This document shows positions 48,964 to 58,335 of a DNA stretch of 64,000 nt, one piece after another. The DNA lies in contig JACPKY010000002.1 of NCBI GenBank assembly GCA_016186795.1, positions 797,892-861,891 on the forward strand, given 5' to 3'. The position numbers and the translations under genes were made by a program. This stretch comes from Candidatus Gottesmanbacteria bacterium. GTDB taxonomy: Bacteria; Patescibacteriota; Microgenomatia; 2-02-FULL-39-11. Numbering within the stretch: the stretch's first letter is position 1; the number at the start of each line of letters is the position of its first letter. The notes beneath the pieces are model-generated. The model saw nothing but the letters and a program-made list of their open reading frames with translations, did not search any database and was not told the origin of the DNA.

Positions 48964-49545
48964 TTAACTAATAATTTGAGCACCACAACTAGGACAAACG
49001 TTAGATCCAATAAGTATGCCTATACTTGTTCCACATTCGCTACAAACTATATTCGGATGGACTTCGTTTATTGATTCTGAAGGCGAAGGCGATGGAGAGA
49101 AAGATTTAGAGGGGGAAACAGAGGCATTAGCAATTCCAGAGGCTGTGGTAACTGCAGTTCCTAGAGTCATATTATTAATCGTTTCATTAGCGAACTTTTT
49201 TAACTCAAGTTTAAAATCCTCAAGATTGATCTGGTTCTGTTGGAGTTTATCTAGTTTGTTGCTCATATCTTCTAACCGAATTACCTCTCGATTATCTGGA
49301 AACATTTTCTCTACCATTTCAAACCAATTATCTCTTGCCTCAATAATTCTTTTCCTTTTATTTGGGTCATTACCGAATCTTTCGTGACAATTGGGACAAA
49401 GCGGAGCCGCGTTACTTATATCATTTGATCCCCCTTCTTTTTCAGGTTTAATATGATGAACTTCAATATCAAGACTTTGACAAAAGCAACATTTAAACAT
49501 TGCTTTTTTTCTTATTACTTTTTTTGTTTCTTCTGTAAAATCCAT
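48964..49545 (-). CDS. HNH endonuclease with a C-terminal zinc ribbon
   Basis: CCFCQS...HHIKPEKEGGSNDISNAAPLCPNCHE; C-terminal CSECG...CPSCG. Confidence 0.7.
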   Translation of the reverse strand: MDFTEETKKVIRKKAMFKCCFCQSLDIEVHHIKPEKEGGSNDISNAAPLCPNCHERFGNDPNKRKRIIEARDNWFEMVEKMFPDNREVIRLEDMSNKLDKLQQNQINLEDFKLELKKFANETINNMTLGTAVTTASGIANASVSPSKSFSPSPSPSESINEVHPNIVCSECGTSIGILIGSNVCPSCGAQIIS

Positions 49546-49556
49546 ATTGTTGTCAA

Positions 49557-49802
49557 CTACGAGTTCTTAATTAATTCTCTCATCAGCGCAAAATCCGAAT
49601 CGCTGAACCATACGGTATTAAGAGACCATCGAATTGCTCTACCAATTTTACCTCTAGGGTGGACATATCCCTTACGATATAACTGTTTGACGATTGCTCC
49701 TTCTGATTTTCCCGATACCGTTGTCTCTTTATTGGGACTGTCTGCGATTTTAAGCAGCAGACGTATCTGATTGAGTGGCATAAAAGTGATTTTTTCTCTC
49801 AT
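49557..49802 (-). CDS. Small hypothetical protein
   Basis: 81-aa ORF between the HNH and GIY-YIG genes. Confidence 0.3.
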   Translation of the reverse strand: MREKITFMPLNQIRLLLKIADSPNKETTVSGKSEGAIVKQLYRKGYVHPRGKIGRAIRWSLNTVWFSDSDFALMRELIKNS

Positions 49803-50017
49803 ATTTATTACCTATTCCAATATAATTTATATATTATATCATACTACAGCTTCTATTGCAAGCACTTCATACGTAATAATCTACATCCACGACATCCATT
49901 TAGTGAAATGTTATAATGCTAACAAACAGAGCGAGAAAATACCTTTGGCGTGGTCTTGAACCCTGAAAGGGGGGCTTCTCGTAAGGGGACGGTTCTCAGC
50001 TACTGTTTTGATAAATT

Positions 50018-50284
50018 CTACTTTTTCCAAGGAGACTTTTTGAAATAATCCTTCAACATTTTTTCTATCTCCTTCTTACCATTTCCTCCTTTTAAATAGA
50101 CTTCTCTTCTTTTTGCATCTGATTCTATCAAAAATGCTTCGTAATAAATAAGTGTAAGAGGAAGACGATGTTTAGTAGAAAATACAAATCCGTTTTTATG
50201 CTTCTTAATTCTTGTTTTTAAATCCTGGGCATATCCTGTATATAATTTCCCATCTTCACAATGGAGAATATAAACGTAATACAC
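50018..50284 (-). CDS. GIY-YIG nuclease family protein (second paralog)
   Basis: YYVYILHC...KLYTGYAQDLKTRIKKH. Followed upstream by the hairpin GCCCCGTTTAACGGGGC and a T run. Confidence 0.8.
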   Translation of the reverse strand: MYYVYILHCEDGKLYTGYAQDLKTRIKKHKNGFVFSTKHRLPLTLIYYEAFLIESDAKRREVYLKGGNGKKEIEKMLKDYFKKSPWKK

Positions 50285-50376
50285 ATAATAAGTATAACAA
50301 TAATAAAGCCCCGTTAAACGGGGCTATATTTTTCAGTAATGGCTGTGCGCTTAGCGCACTATCGCCACGCTGAGCG

Positions 50377-50645
50377 TGGCTCCCCCGCGTGGATTCGAAC
50401 CACGAACCTTCTTCTTACAGAAATCCTCTTGTTACCAAAAGGGCTGGACTATCTTATTACCGACTAGGTCGGTATCAGGTATATAGTCTCTACACATTTA
50501 TTCCGACAATACGTCGGAAACTTAGCTCGGGATTACCCCACATAAAATGTAGGAGTCCCCCGAATTAGCCTGATTTTCGATACGCATTGCTGCGTAAAGC
50601 TGCCAATAAAGACAGGAAGCCGCTCTACCGTTGAGCTACAGGGGA
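50377..50645 (-). tRNA. tRNA-Asn(GUU), interrupted in the anticodon loop by a 194-nt intron
   Basis: Exon 1 (50645-50612) is TCCCCTG-TA-GCTC-AACGGTA-GAGC-G-GCTTC-CUGU. Exon 2 (50417-50380) is UAA-GAAGA-AGGTT-CGTGG-TTCGAAT-CCACG-CGGGGGA-G, with an encoded CCA at 50379-50377. The acceptor pairs 7 of 7 and the anticodon is G34-U35|U36. Confidence 0.65.
50418..50611 (-). other. Group I self-splicing intron (no ORF)
   Basis: 5' exon ends in U and the intron ends in G. The IGS GCAG pairs with exon CUGU. P2 is UACGCA-GCAA-UGCGUA. P7 is GACUA/UAGUC, with R-like GUAGAGACUA and S-like AAGAUAGUCC. P8 is ACCGAC-cuag-GUCGGU. P3 is GGCU/AGCC. Confidence 0.6.
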
Positions 50646-51344
50646 ATGTAAATGTACGGATGGCATTTTAGCACCAAACAACGCAAAAATCCACCCTATA
50701 ATTCGCCTATGAATTTCAGAGTCATTCACTCGAATTGCAAATACACCATATTGGTGAATATTTTTCCGAATTTTTTTAGAATCTTTTTTGTCGGAGGCAA
50801 TATATGTTTTATAAAAATTTTTCCTATCAATACCAGTTAATTGCGACCAAAATAATTTTGCTTTTTTCTCATCTCTTCTTTCATGCAACCATATAGCTCC
50901 TCTATATTTAGAATTTTCTATATCACAATATTTTCGAAACCATTTCATCATAAACCTAATAAGGGTCGGATTTGCATTTGAAAAGCCTATTTGACCATCT
51001 GTCTTATCACCTTCTCCTGCATACAAAGCAACTCCAGCTATAAACTCTTCTCTACTATTTAATTGTCCAATATCCTGTTTAGCTCTTTGGTGAATACTAG
51101 CAATTTTTTGATGTCGCCTGCGCCGTTTATTATCTGCTGCAATTATTGATCCACGACGCTGACCTAAATTTCTCATAGAGATAAGCCTTTGTTTTTGAAC
51201 CACTGAAAGTTCAATATCTTTACACCAACGACTAATTGTATCTTTGGAAACATGAATTTTTTGCAGAATTTCCCCATAAGATAGGCCTTTTTTACGTAAC
51301 GATTGCGCAATATTTTTCTCATTTAACTTTCCGAAATATCCCAT
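50625..51344 (-). CDS. HTH-containing protein with a LAGLIDADG-like motif (possible homing-endonuclease-like)
   Basis: N-terminal HTH (LSYGEILQKIHVSKDTISRWCKDI), then IAGVALYAGEGDK resembling LAGLIDADG. The 3' end overlaps the tRNA 5' end by about 20 nt. Confidence 0.3.
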   Translation of the reverse strand: MGYFGKLNEKNIAQSLRKKGLSYGEILQKIHVSKDTISRWCKDIELSVVQKQRLISMRNLGQRRGSIIAADNKRRRRHQKIASIHQRAKQDIGQLNSREEFIAGVALYAGEGDKTDGQIGFSNANPTLIRFMMKWFRKYCDIENSKYRGAIWLHERRDEKKAKLFWSQLTGIDRKNFYKTYIASDKKDSKKIRKNIHQYGVFAIRVNDSEIHRRIIGWIFALFGAKMPSVHLHSPVAQR

Positions 51345-51449
51345 ACTTCTATGCTAATAATCAAACCTACAATTGTCAACTATTCATCTATCTATTCTTT
51401 GTTTGGTTTATGTTAAAATCGTCTCGCTTCTTTCACTCAATTTGACTTA

Positions 51450-52328
51450 TTGATGTATAATTGCCATATGAGACGGCTACTCGCAATGACTGCAGGAATC
51501 TTCTCCGTATTTGTTTTTGGAATTTTCCTTACCGGATATGCCGGAGCCGTGCCGAACCTTTCGAATGCCCAGTTACAAACTCCTGGTACCTCACGGACAC
51601 TTACTCTTCCCCCAGAAGCAGACCACTCTTCAGTTATTTCTCTTGGAACGGCTGTAGATCCGGGAACAGGAAAAAAAGTTGAAGGGTACGCAATCATTCA
51701 CTACAAAAACCAGCCAGCGAAACCATCAAAACCGCCTCGGGGAGGAAACACTCAATGCTATTCATTTTTAGCCCAAGGAGCAAAATGGAAGACAGTTGAG
51801 CCATGGATTGTGAATCTTTCCAACATTGATGGTCTCTCTGAACAATTTGTCGCAGATAATCTTGCCACCGACATCACCAAATGGGAAGATGCAACAGATG
51901 GGATACTCGGGAATGGAACAAGTGGTGACATTCTGGGAAATGGAAGTACAACCAATGCCGTATTAATAGCAGATACCACTTCTCCTGATAATAATAACGA
52001 AGTGTATTTTGCAGACGTATCTTCAAGCGATGCAATTGCAGTCACAATCGTCTGGGGAATTTTCTCAGGACCACCGTTTGGGAGAGAACTTGTGGAATGG
52101 GACCAAGTGTACGATGATGTCGATTATGACTGGTCAGCTAGTGGTGAAGCAACAAAAATGGATTTTGAAAATATCGCAACACATGAACTTGGGCATAGTG
52201 TCGGACTTGCGGATCTTTACGAACTCTCTTGTAGCGAACAGACGATGTACGGCTACGCAGAAAATGGGGAAACCAAAAAGAGTACACTTGAGTCTGGAGA
52301 TATCGCTGGCGTAAACGCCTTGTATTAA
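51450..52328 (+). CDS. Secreted zinc metalloprotease, metzincin/snapalysin-like
   Basis: HELGHSVGLAD (HExxHxxGxxD) plus a Met-turn QTMYGY; signal peptide. The likely start is at 51468. Confidence 0.65.
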   Translation: MMYNCHMRRLLAMTAGIFSVFVFGIFLTGYAGAVPNLSNAQLQTPGTSRTLTLPPEADHSSVISLGTAVDPGTGKKVEGYAIIHYKNQPAKPSKPPRGGNTQCYSFLAQGAKWKTVEPWIVNLSNIDGLSEQFVADNLATDITKWEDATDGILGNGTSGDILGNGSTTNAVLIADTTSPDNNNEVYFADVSSSDAIAVTIVWGIFSGPPFGRELVEWDQVYDDVDYDWSASGEATKMDFENIATHELGHSVGLADLYELSCSEQTMYGYAENGETKKSTLESGDIAGVNALY

Positions 52329-52332
52329 ACGG

Positions 52333-53430
52333 TTATTCCAGATAATCTTTTAGTTTTTTACTCCTTGAGGGGTGGCGTAATTTCCGTAGTGCTTTTGCCT
52401 CTATTTGTCTGATTCTCTCCCTGGTCACACCAAATTCCACACCGACTTCTTCTAGTGTTCGAGGACGACCGTCTTCAAGACCAAATCTAAGTATCAGGAC
52501 GCGCTTTTCTCTATCTGAGAGCGTTTGGAGAACCTCTTCCAGATGCTCTTTGAGAAGTTCTCTCGATGCAGAATCATATGGAGATGGCTGCGATGTATCT
52601 TGGATAAAATCACCAAGGAGTGAATCCTCATCATCTCCAACAGGGGTTGCAAGGGATGTTGGCTCTTGCGATACTTTCATAATTTCGCGGATTTTGGTGA
52701 CATCCACTTGCATGGCTTTGGCCACCTCTTCAGGCATCGGCTCACGCCCCAAATCCTGCATGAGTTTTCTGGAAATCTTTAAGTATCGATTGATCGTCTC
52801 AACCATATGGACCGGTATTCGGATTGTCCTAGCCTGATCTGCAATTGCCCGGGTAATTGCCTGTCGTATCCACCATGTAGCATAGGTTGAGAACTTATAC
52901 CCTTTTCTCCAATCATACTTTTCAACTGCCCGTATTAACCCTTGGTTTCCTTCTTGGATAAGATCAAGAAGAGAGAGCCCGCGCCCTATATACTTTTTGG
53001 CAATGGAGACGACAAGACGAAGATTTGACTCGATCAGTTTCTGTTTGGCCCAGCGTTCGCCTTTTTCGTAGTGCTTGGCAAGACTTATCTCATCTTCAAA
53101 TTTTAGAAGAGGGATTCTCCCAATTTCTTTGAGATACATCCGTACTGGATCAGAAATTCCCCCTTCGTGGATGATAGCAAGAGACTCAAGTTCCTTTTCT
53201 AGTTCGGTAACAGTTTTTTGGGCATCCCGCTCCTCCTCATCTGAGAGGTTTTCAAATACATCAACCTCAGCTTTAATAAGCTGCCCATACAGTTCATCTA
53301 CTTCTGTTAAATGTTCCTCGGGTTTGGGGAAAAGGACAAGAATATCATCTTGGGTAATAAATCCATTCTCTTTCCCCTGCTTGATGAGTTCTTTGACAGT
53401 CTTGGATACTTTGGTCGTCATAGCCTTCAT
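52333..53430 (-). CDS. rpoD: RNA polymerase primary sigma factor
   Basis: Regions 2-4: [54 protein letters not shown]. Confidence 0.95.
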   Translation of the reverse strand: MKAMTTKVSKTVKELIKQGKENGFITQDDILVLFPKPEEHLTEVDELYGQLIKAEVDVFENLSDEEERDAQKTVTELEKELESLAIIHEGGISDPVRMYLKEIGRIPLLKFEDEISLAKHYEKGERWAKQKLIESNLRLVVSIAKKYIGRGLSLLDLIQEGNQGLIRAVEKYDWRKGYKFSTYATWWIRQAITRAIADQARTIRIPVHMVETINRYLKISRKLMQDLGREPMPEEVAKAMQVDVTKIREIMKVSQEPTSLATPVGDDEDSLLGDFIQDTSQPSPYDSASRELLKEHLEEVLQTLSDREKRVLILRFGLEDGRPRTLEEVGVEFGVTRERIRQIEAKALRKLRHPSRSKKLKDYLE

Positions 53431-53439
53431 ATTGTACTT

Positions 53440-55221
53440 TTACCGGAGTGCTTTATCAACCTGGGAAAGACCCACTAATAGGTCGCGAAGTTCTTCTTGG
53501 AGTTTCTCATTTTCTTTCCCTTCTTCCTCCGATAATCGTATCTTAGTCGTAAGATCTGCTACTCTCCTTCGGAGTGCATTTTTCTTGCATTCGTAAAGAC
53601 TTTTTGTGAGTTCGTCATGGTAAAGTTGAGGATTTTTTAAAAGAACATCAAGTCCCACAAGATATGCCCGATCGAATGTTTCGGAAATCTCAGGAGTGAG
53701 GGTTTTTTCAAATACTTTTACATCAAGCGTTTCATGTGATTGGAAATACGCATTGAGAAGTTTCATAATTTGGGCAACAGGTGGTATAGAAAAATCACCT
53801 GTATCAACTATTTCAAGTGCGTGTAAGAAAGCTTCTTTGGGATTTGCACTTTGAAGGATAAGAGAAAGAATATGTTCTTCCAAAAGGCCACTTCTGTTAC
53901 CTACTTTTTTTTCATCGAAAACGACGTGTTTTTGTGGCCGTTTCTTGACGTGAAGATCAATTGCTATCTCAATTGATTCCTCCGTTACTCCCAGTTCACG
54001 CGCTACAAACTTTACGTAATGAGAAAGAACAATGGGGTTTGTGATTTTCGAAAGAAAAGGAATAATTTCATCTCCAACTTTTTTCTTTGCCGAGACATCA
54101 TCTTTCCCGTATTTTTTGATGGCAGTCTCGATGATGAAGTCATAGATGGGAAATGCGGTACTTACTGCTTTCTTCCATGCATGAGGCGCTTCGGAAATAC
54201 ACTCTGCCGGATCTTTCCCTTGCGGAAGTTGTACAATCTTGACTGTTAACCCTGCATTTTCGGCAACTTCAATTCCCCGTCTTGCAGCTTCGTTTCCTGC
54301 AAAATCACTATCAAGAGCAAGAAGGAGTGTCTCGGTATATCGCTTCAACGTCAACACCTGTCCTTCTGTAAGAGCTGATCCTTTGATTGCAACAACATTC
54401 GTCACTCCGGACTGGAAAGAGGCAAGAAGATCGAACTCACCTTCCACAACAATTGCTTCTTTTACCTTTTTAATAGAATCTCGTGTTACATCTAACCCGT
54501 AGAGATTATTTCCTTTGCTATATATGGGCGTATCTGATGTATTGACGTATTTTGCCTCTCTGTCATTTTGGGGAGGGAGCTTTCTTCCGGAAAATCCCAA
54601 AACATTTCCTCTTGGGTCTTTGAGTGCAAACATGAGGCGGCCTCGGAATCGATCGTAGTATCTTCCCCCATCTGTTTTGATAATAAGTCCTGCGGTATAG
54701 ATCTCATCAGAAGTGTACCTTTTTTTTAATAGAAACTTGTGCAAACTGTCCCAACTATTTGGGGAATATCCCAAACTAAATGTTTTAATAGTTTCGTCTT
54801 TTATCTTTCGATCTTTGAGGTATTCTCTTGCCTTATTCCCTAAGTTGTGGGAGGTAAGAATGTAGGAAAAAAATTCAGAAGCCAAGTGATTTATTTCATA
54901 GAGCTTTTCTTTCCTTCTTCCTTCATCTGTAGGTGTGTATCGGGAAAGCGTAACTCCGGTTTTGCCTGCCAATATTTTGAGTGCCTCCAGAAAATCGATA
55001 TTTTCCCACTTCTCCAAAAACTTCACTACGTCTCCGCCCTCTGCACATGCCCCAAAGCAGTGCCATGTCTGCCGTTCAGGAGAAACAACAAATGAAGGGG
55101 ATTTTTCACTATGAAATGGGCAAAGCGCTTTGAAGTTTCTGCCGGCTTTTTTTAGCTGTATATAATCGGAGAGGAACTCAACAATATCTATTTTTGATTT
55201 TACAAGTTCGACATCTGTCAT
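53440..55221 (-). CDS. dnaG: DNA primase
   Basis: Zinc finger CPFHSEKSPSF...HCFGC; TOPRIM VVEGEFDLLAS. Confidence 0.95.
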   Translation of the reverse strand: MTDVELVKSKIDIVEFLSDYIQLKKAGRNFKALCPFHSEKSPSFVVSPERQTWHCFGACAEGGDVVKFLEKWENIDFLEALKILAGKTGVTLSRYTPTDEGRRKEKLYEINHLASEFFSYILTSHNLGNKAREYLKDRKIKDETIKTFSLGYSPNSWDSLHKFLLKKRYTSDEIYTAGLIIKTDGGRYYDRFRGRLMFALKDPRGNVLGFSGRKLPPQNDREAKYVNTSDTPIYSKGNNLYGLDVTRDSIKKVKEAIVVEGEFDLLASFQSGVTNVVAIKGSALTEGQVLTLKRYTETLLLALDSDFAGNEAARRGIEVAENAGLTVKIVQLPQGKDPAECISEAPHAWKKAVSTAFPIYDFIIETAIKKYGKDDVSAKKKVGDEIIPFLSKITNPIVLSHYVKFVARELGVTEESIEIAIDLHVKKRPQKHVVFDEKKVGNRSGLLEEHILSLILQSANPKEAFLHALEIVDTGDFSIPPVAQIMKLLNAYFQSHETLDVKVFEKTLTPEISETFDRAYLVGLDVLLKNPQLYHDELTKSLYECKKNALRRRVADLTTKIRLSEEEGKENEKLQEELRDLLVGLSQVDKALR

Positions 55222-55230
55222 GCACTGGTA

Positions 55231-56673
55231 TTATACAGCTGCCTTCCCCAAACGATAGAGGCGATAGTTTCCTTGTATATCCCAGGTTTTTTCTATAGTA
55301 AAGGCACCAAAAGAGGTAACTTCAAAAAGTTGAACCTTCGTTAAATCTTCATGAGATCGCGCTACGACATAAAGGTGTTGCGGTGTGTCATACTGTTCAA
55401 CTGGCAATGGCTGTTTCCCCCAAACGGTAAGGAAATATCGTAGGGGATACCCCTGATTTTCAGCATCAACCAGCATAACAAGATTAAAGTCGGTAACTGT
55501 TACGTCCTCGAAAATAATTCTGCTTGCTTTCTCTACTCCTGGTAAATTCCAACCTGGATCCATTGTCCAACCATTCACATCGCCGAATCCATAGGAAGAA
55601 AAACTAATAAGGAAATACATCATGGCAAATAGAAAATACGCGAAGATTCTCTTACTTGAATACAAGATTCTATCGAGAACGGTAGAGAATAAAAGAGCAA
55701 AAGGAATTACCGCATTAATGATGTAATGAGGAACTGTTTGGCGAACGAAGAAAATAACAAAAAGAATAGTACCTACTATTTGAAGCAAGAATACCGCTTC
55801 GTTTCTCGTCAGTCTCTTTTTTTGTAAGTGAAGAAAAAATAACAATAAAGAAATTGCAACAACGGTCAGAATTATTTTCCCTCCGAAAAAATATTGACTC
55901 ACTGCATCAACAAGATATAAAACACTTCTTCCAATCTCAATAGTTTCGGACTCACCACGTGATATATGAGCTACAAGCATTTTTGTATTGAAAAACTCAT
56001 GGCGGAATTCAAAAAGGAGCAGTGGAAAAAATCCTACAAGAAAACCGATTAAAAGAGTCAGGAAATATGTGGTTTTTTGCCTCGTCGTAAAAAAGAATAT
56101 CGGAAATAACGCTGCAGCGACAAAAAGTGACAGTGTGGAGTAATGAACTTGTAATGCTACTCCTAAAATAAAACCGAGAAACGCAGCATAATACCATCTG
56201 TATTGCTTCGCAAGTAATAATAGTACATAAAGGCTAACTGCCGAAAAAATCAATGGAGAAAATGCGAGAAGATTTTGGCGGGAAAATTTTACAAGGAGGG
56301 GAGATGCTGCGATAAAAAAGGCAGCAAGCAATCCTACCCGAATATTTATAAATCTCCTCCCAATACGGTACGTAACAAAAACCGCACTCAAGGATAATAG
56401 AATTTCTACTATTCCCCCTGCAATGGGATTGTAATTGAATAGATAAAGAAACGGCGCATATATGTAGTACATAACAGCTCCGTTCCTTACTTCGGAAATT
56501 GATGTCTTGATACCAATGAGTGTAAATTTCCCTTGGAGAATTTTCGCTGTTGATAGTAATTCTATGGCCTGATCACCACGGAAAGTCGCAAGTTCCTTTA
56601 GACGATACGTCCTTAGGGTTGTTCCCAAAAGAAGAATGGAGCTAATAAGTATAATTCCTACATACTTTTTCAC
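55231..56673 (-). CDS. GT-C-fold membrane glycosyltransferase (ArnT/PMT-like, GT39/83-like)
   Basis: YRLKELATFRGDQAIEL first-loop motif; 480 aa, multi-TM. Confidence 0.55.
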   Translation of the reverse strand: MKKYVGIILISSILLLGTTLRTYRLKELATFRGDQAIELLSTAKILQGKFTLIGIKTSISEVRNGAVMYYIYAPFLYLFNYNPIAGGIVEILLSLSAVFVTYRIGRRFINIRVGLLAAFFIAASPLLVKFSRQNLLAFSPLIFSAVSLYVLLLLAKQYRWYYAAFLGFILGVALQVHYSTLSLFVAAALFPIFFFTTRQKTTYFLTLLIGFLVGFFPLLLFEFRHEFFNTKMLVAHISRGESETIEIGRSVLYLVDAVSQYFFGGKIILTVVAISLLLFFLHLQKKRLTRNEAVFLLQIVGTILFVIFFVRQTVPHYIINAVIPFALLFSTVLDRILYSSKRIFAYFLFAMMYFLISFSSYGFGDVNGWTMDPGWNLPGVEKASRIIFEDVTVTDFNLVMLVDAENQGYPLRYFLTVWGKQPLPVEQYDTPQHLYVVARSHEDLTKVQLFEVTSFGAFTIEKTWDIQGNYRLYRLGKAAV

Positions 56674-56725
56674 CGTTTCATTGTATCATTCGCGTGAGTT
56701 AATGGATTGGGTCGACTAATACACT

Positions 56726-57565
56726 ATGAATGAAGGAAAAGCAGTTTCTCCGGCAAGTATAAGTTTCATTTTCAAAGTATGTAAAAATAGGCAAGGCGAA
56801 ATCGTAGGTTCAATCGGAGTTGGGGCAACAATTGATAAATCGGTGATGGTTGCGGTAAAAAAATCCACCCAATTGTCTGTGTACTTTAATGGGGAGAGTA
56901 TTTCTTTCCCAACGGTGGAAACTGTAGTCCAAAAACTTACAAAGAATCCTGTTGAAATCTCTGTTACATCAGAGGTCCCACTTGCTTGTGGTTTTGGTGT
57001 AAGCGGTGCATCAAGTATTGCGACAGCCTACGCACTCAATGCTCTCTTTCAATTGGGAAAAGATCCCGATACTCTTGCCAACATCGCACACACGGCCGAA
57101 ATAGAAAACCGTACAGGACTAGGAAGTGTCGCAACTCAGATAACGGGTGGCTTTTTGGTGAAACGCGCTCCGGCAATTCCAGTTGATGCCGTGAAACTCC
57201 CTCTTCTCCACACCCCGTTGTTTGCATTGGTTTTGGAAAAATACGAAACAGCTAAGATTCTCAATGATCAACATAAAACATCCCGTATAAACCGGGCAGC
57301 AGAAAAAGCACTTCGGACAATCACTTCTATTCAAAATCTTGGCATATCGAAGATTCTTGATATAAGTTATGAGTATGCAATAGAGAGCGGAATTTTGGAA
57401 AACTCCGAAGTTCAGCTCGTCATTGAGAAAGTAAAAAGACAGGGAGGGCATGCAACGATGGCAATGATTGGTCATACAGTTTTTAGTACCATTCCCCCAC
57501 CGGACTACTTTGGAGGAAACGTCTATTCACTTCGCATTTCAAAGACAATCGCACATATACTATGA
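56726..57565 (+). CDS. GHMP-family kinase, pantoate kinase (PoK, COG1829)-like
   Basis: GHMP motif PLACGFGVSGASSIATAYAL; about 280 aa. A 4-nt overlap with the next gene. Confidence 0.5.
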   Translation: MNEGKAVSPASISFIFKVCKNRQGEIVGSIGVGATIDKSVMVAVKKSTQLSVYFNGESISFPTVETVVQKLTKNPVEISVTSEVPLACGFGVSGASSIATAYALNALFQLGKDPDTLANIAHTAEIENRTGLGSVATQITGGFLVKRAPAIPVDAVKLPLLHTPLFALVLEKYETAKILNDQHKTSRINRAAEKALRTITSIQNLGISKILDISYEYAIESGILENSEVQLVIEKVKRQGGHATMAMIGHTVFSTIPPPDYFGGNVYSLRISKTIAHIL

Positions 57566-58320
57566 AGATAGACAAAAACCATCCCCGATTTCTCGCTCTT
57601 TCTGTCCGTGAACGGCTTGTTGATGGTGTCAAAAAAGGAATCACATCTCATGCCGGACTTATCGCCCATGGGAGAGGAGAAGCATTCGATTATCTTCTTG
57701 GAGAAAAAACACATGGGTTTGCCAAAGAGTCAATTACTGCTGCCGCCTGTTACCTACTTCTTGCAAAAAATCCGATACTTTCTATCAATGGGAATGCTGC
57801 CGCACTTTGTGCCGAAGAATTTGTGAAAATTGCAAAATTTCTGGATTGTAAAATTGAGGTCAATCTTTTCCACTATACGAAAACGCGAGAGAAATGTTTA
57901 GAAGCGTGTCTTTCGAATCTCGATCCCTCAGTTATCCTTTCATCGAAAGGTCGGAAAACGCGTATTCTTCCCAATGTAGCAAGTCCTAGAAAAATTATCT
58001 TGCGAGATGGAATCGGAAGAAGTGATACTGTTTTTGTTCCCCTTGAAGACGGCGACCGCTGTGGTGCACTTGTCTCACTTGGGAAAAAAGTCATAACCAT
58101 TGATCTTAATCCCTTATCCAGAAGTTCACAAACAGCAACAGTCACCATCGTTGATAATATCACCCGAGCAATGCCGAAACTTCTTTCGGAACTTCGCCGA
58201 CTCCAAAAATTCAAACCGTACCAAAAAAAAGAAATTGTTCGCGATTTCGACAATAAAACAAATCTTGCTCGCTCGTTTGCTACAATTCAGAAAAATCTTT
58301 CACGATTGGCCATTCCATAA
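57562..58320 (+). CDS. Archaeal-type phosphopantothenate synthetase (PPS, COG1701/DUF137)-like
   Basis: HPRFLALSVRE...AGLIAHGRGEAFDYLLGE pattern recalled from the archaeal PPS family. Confidence 0.5.
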   Translation: MKIDKNHPRFLALSVRERLVDGVKKGITSHAGLIAHGRGEAFDYLLGEKTHGFAKESITAAACYLLLAKNPILSINGNAAALCAEEFVKIAKFLDCKIEVNLFHYTKTREKCLEACLSNLDPSVILSSKGRKTRILPNVASPRKIILRDGIGRSDTVFVPLEDGDRCGALVSLGKKVITIDLNPLSRSSQTATVTIVDNITRAMPKLLSELRRLQKFKPYQKKEIVRDFDNKTNLARSFATIQKNLSRLAIP

Positions 58321-58335
58321 GACTCCTGTGATATC

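Noticed and set aside
50418-51344. The LAGLIDADG-like ORF being encoded inside the tRNA intron
   Set aside because: The intron is only 194 nt and lies entirely between the two tRNA halves. The ORF lies upstream of the tRNA 5' end.
53075-53596. + strand 173-aa ORF
   Set aside because: It is antisense to rpoD, which is unambiguous. The product is a Ser/Arg-rich, low-complexity translation.
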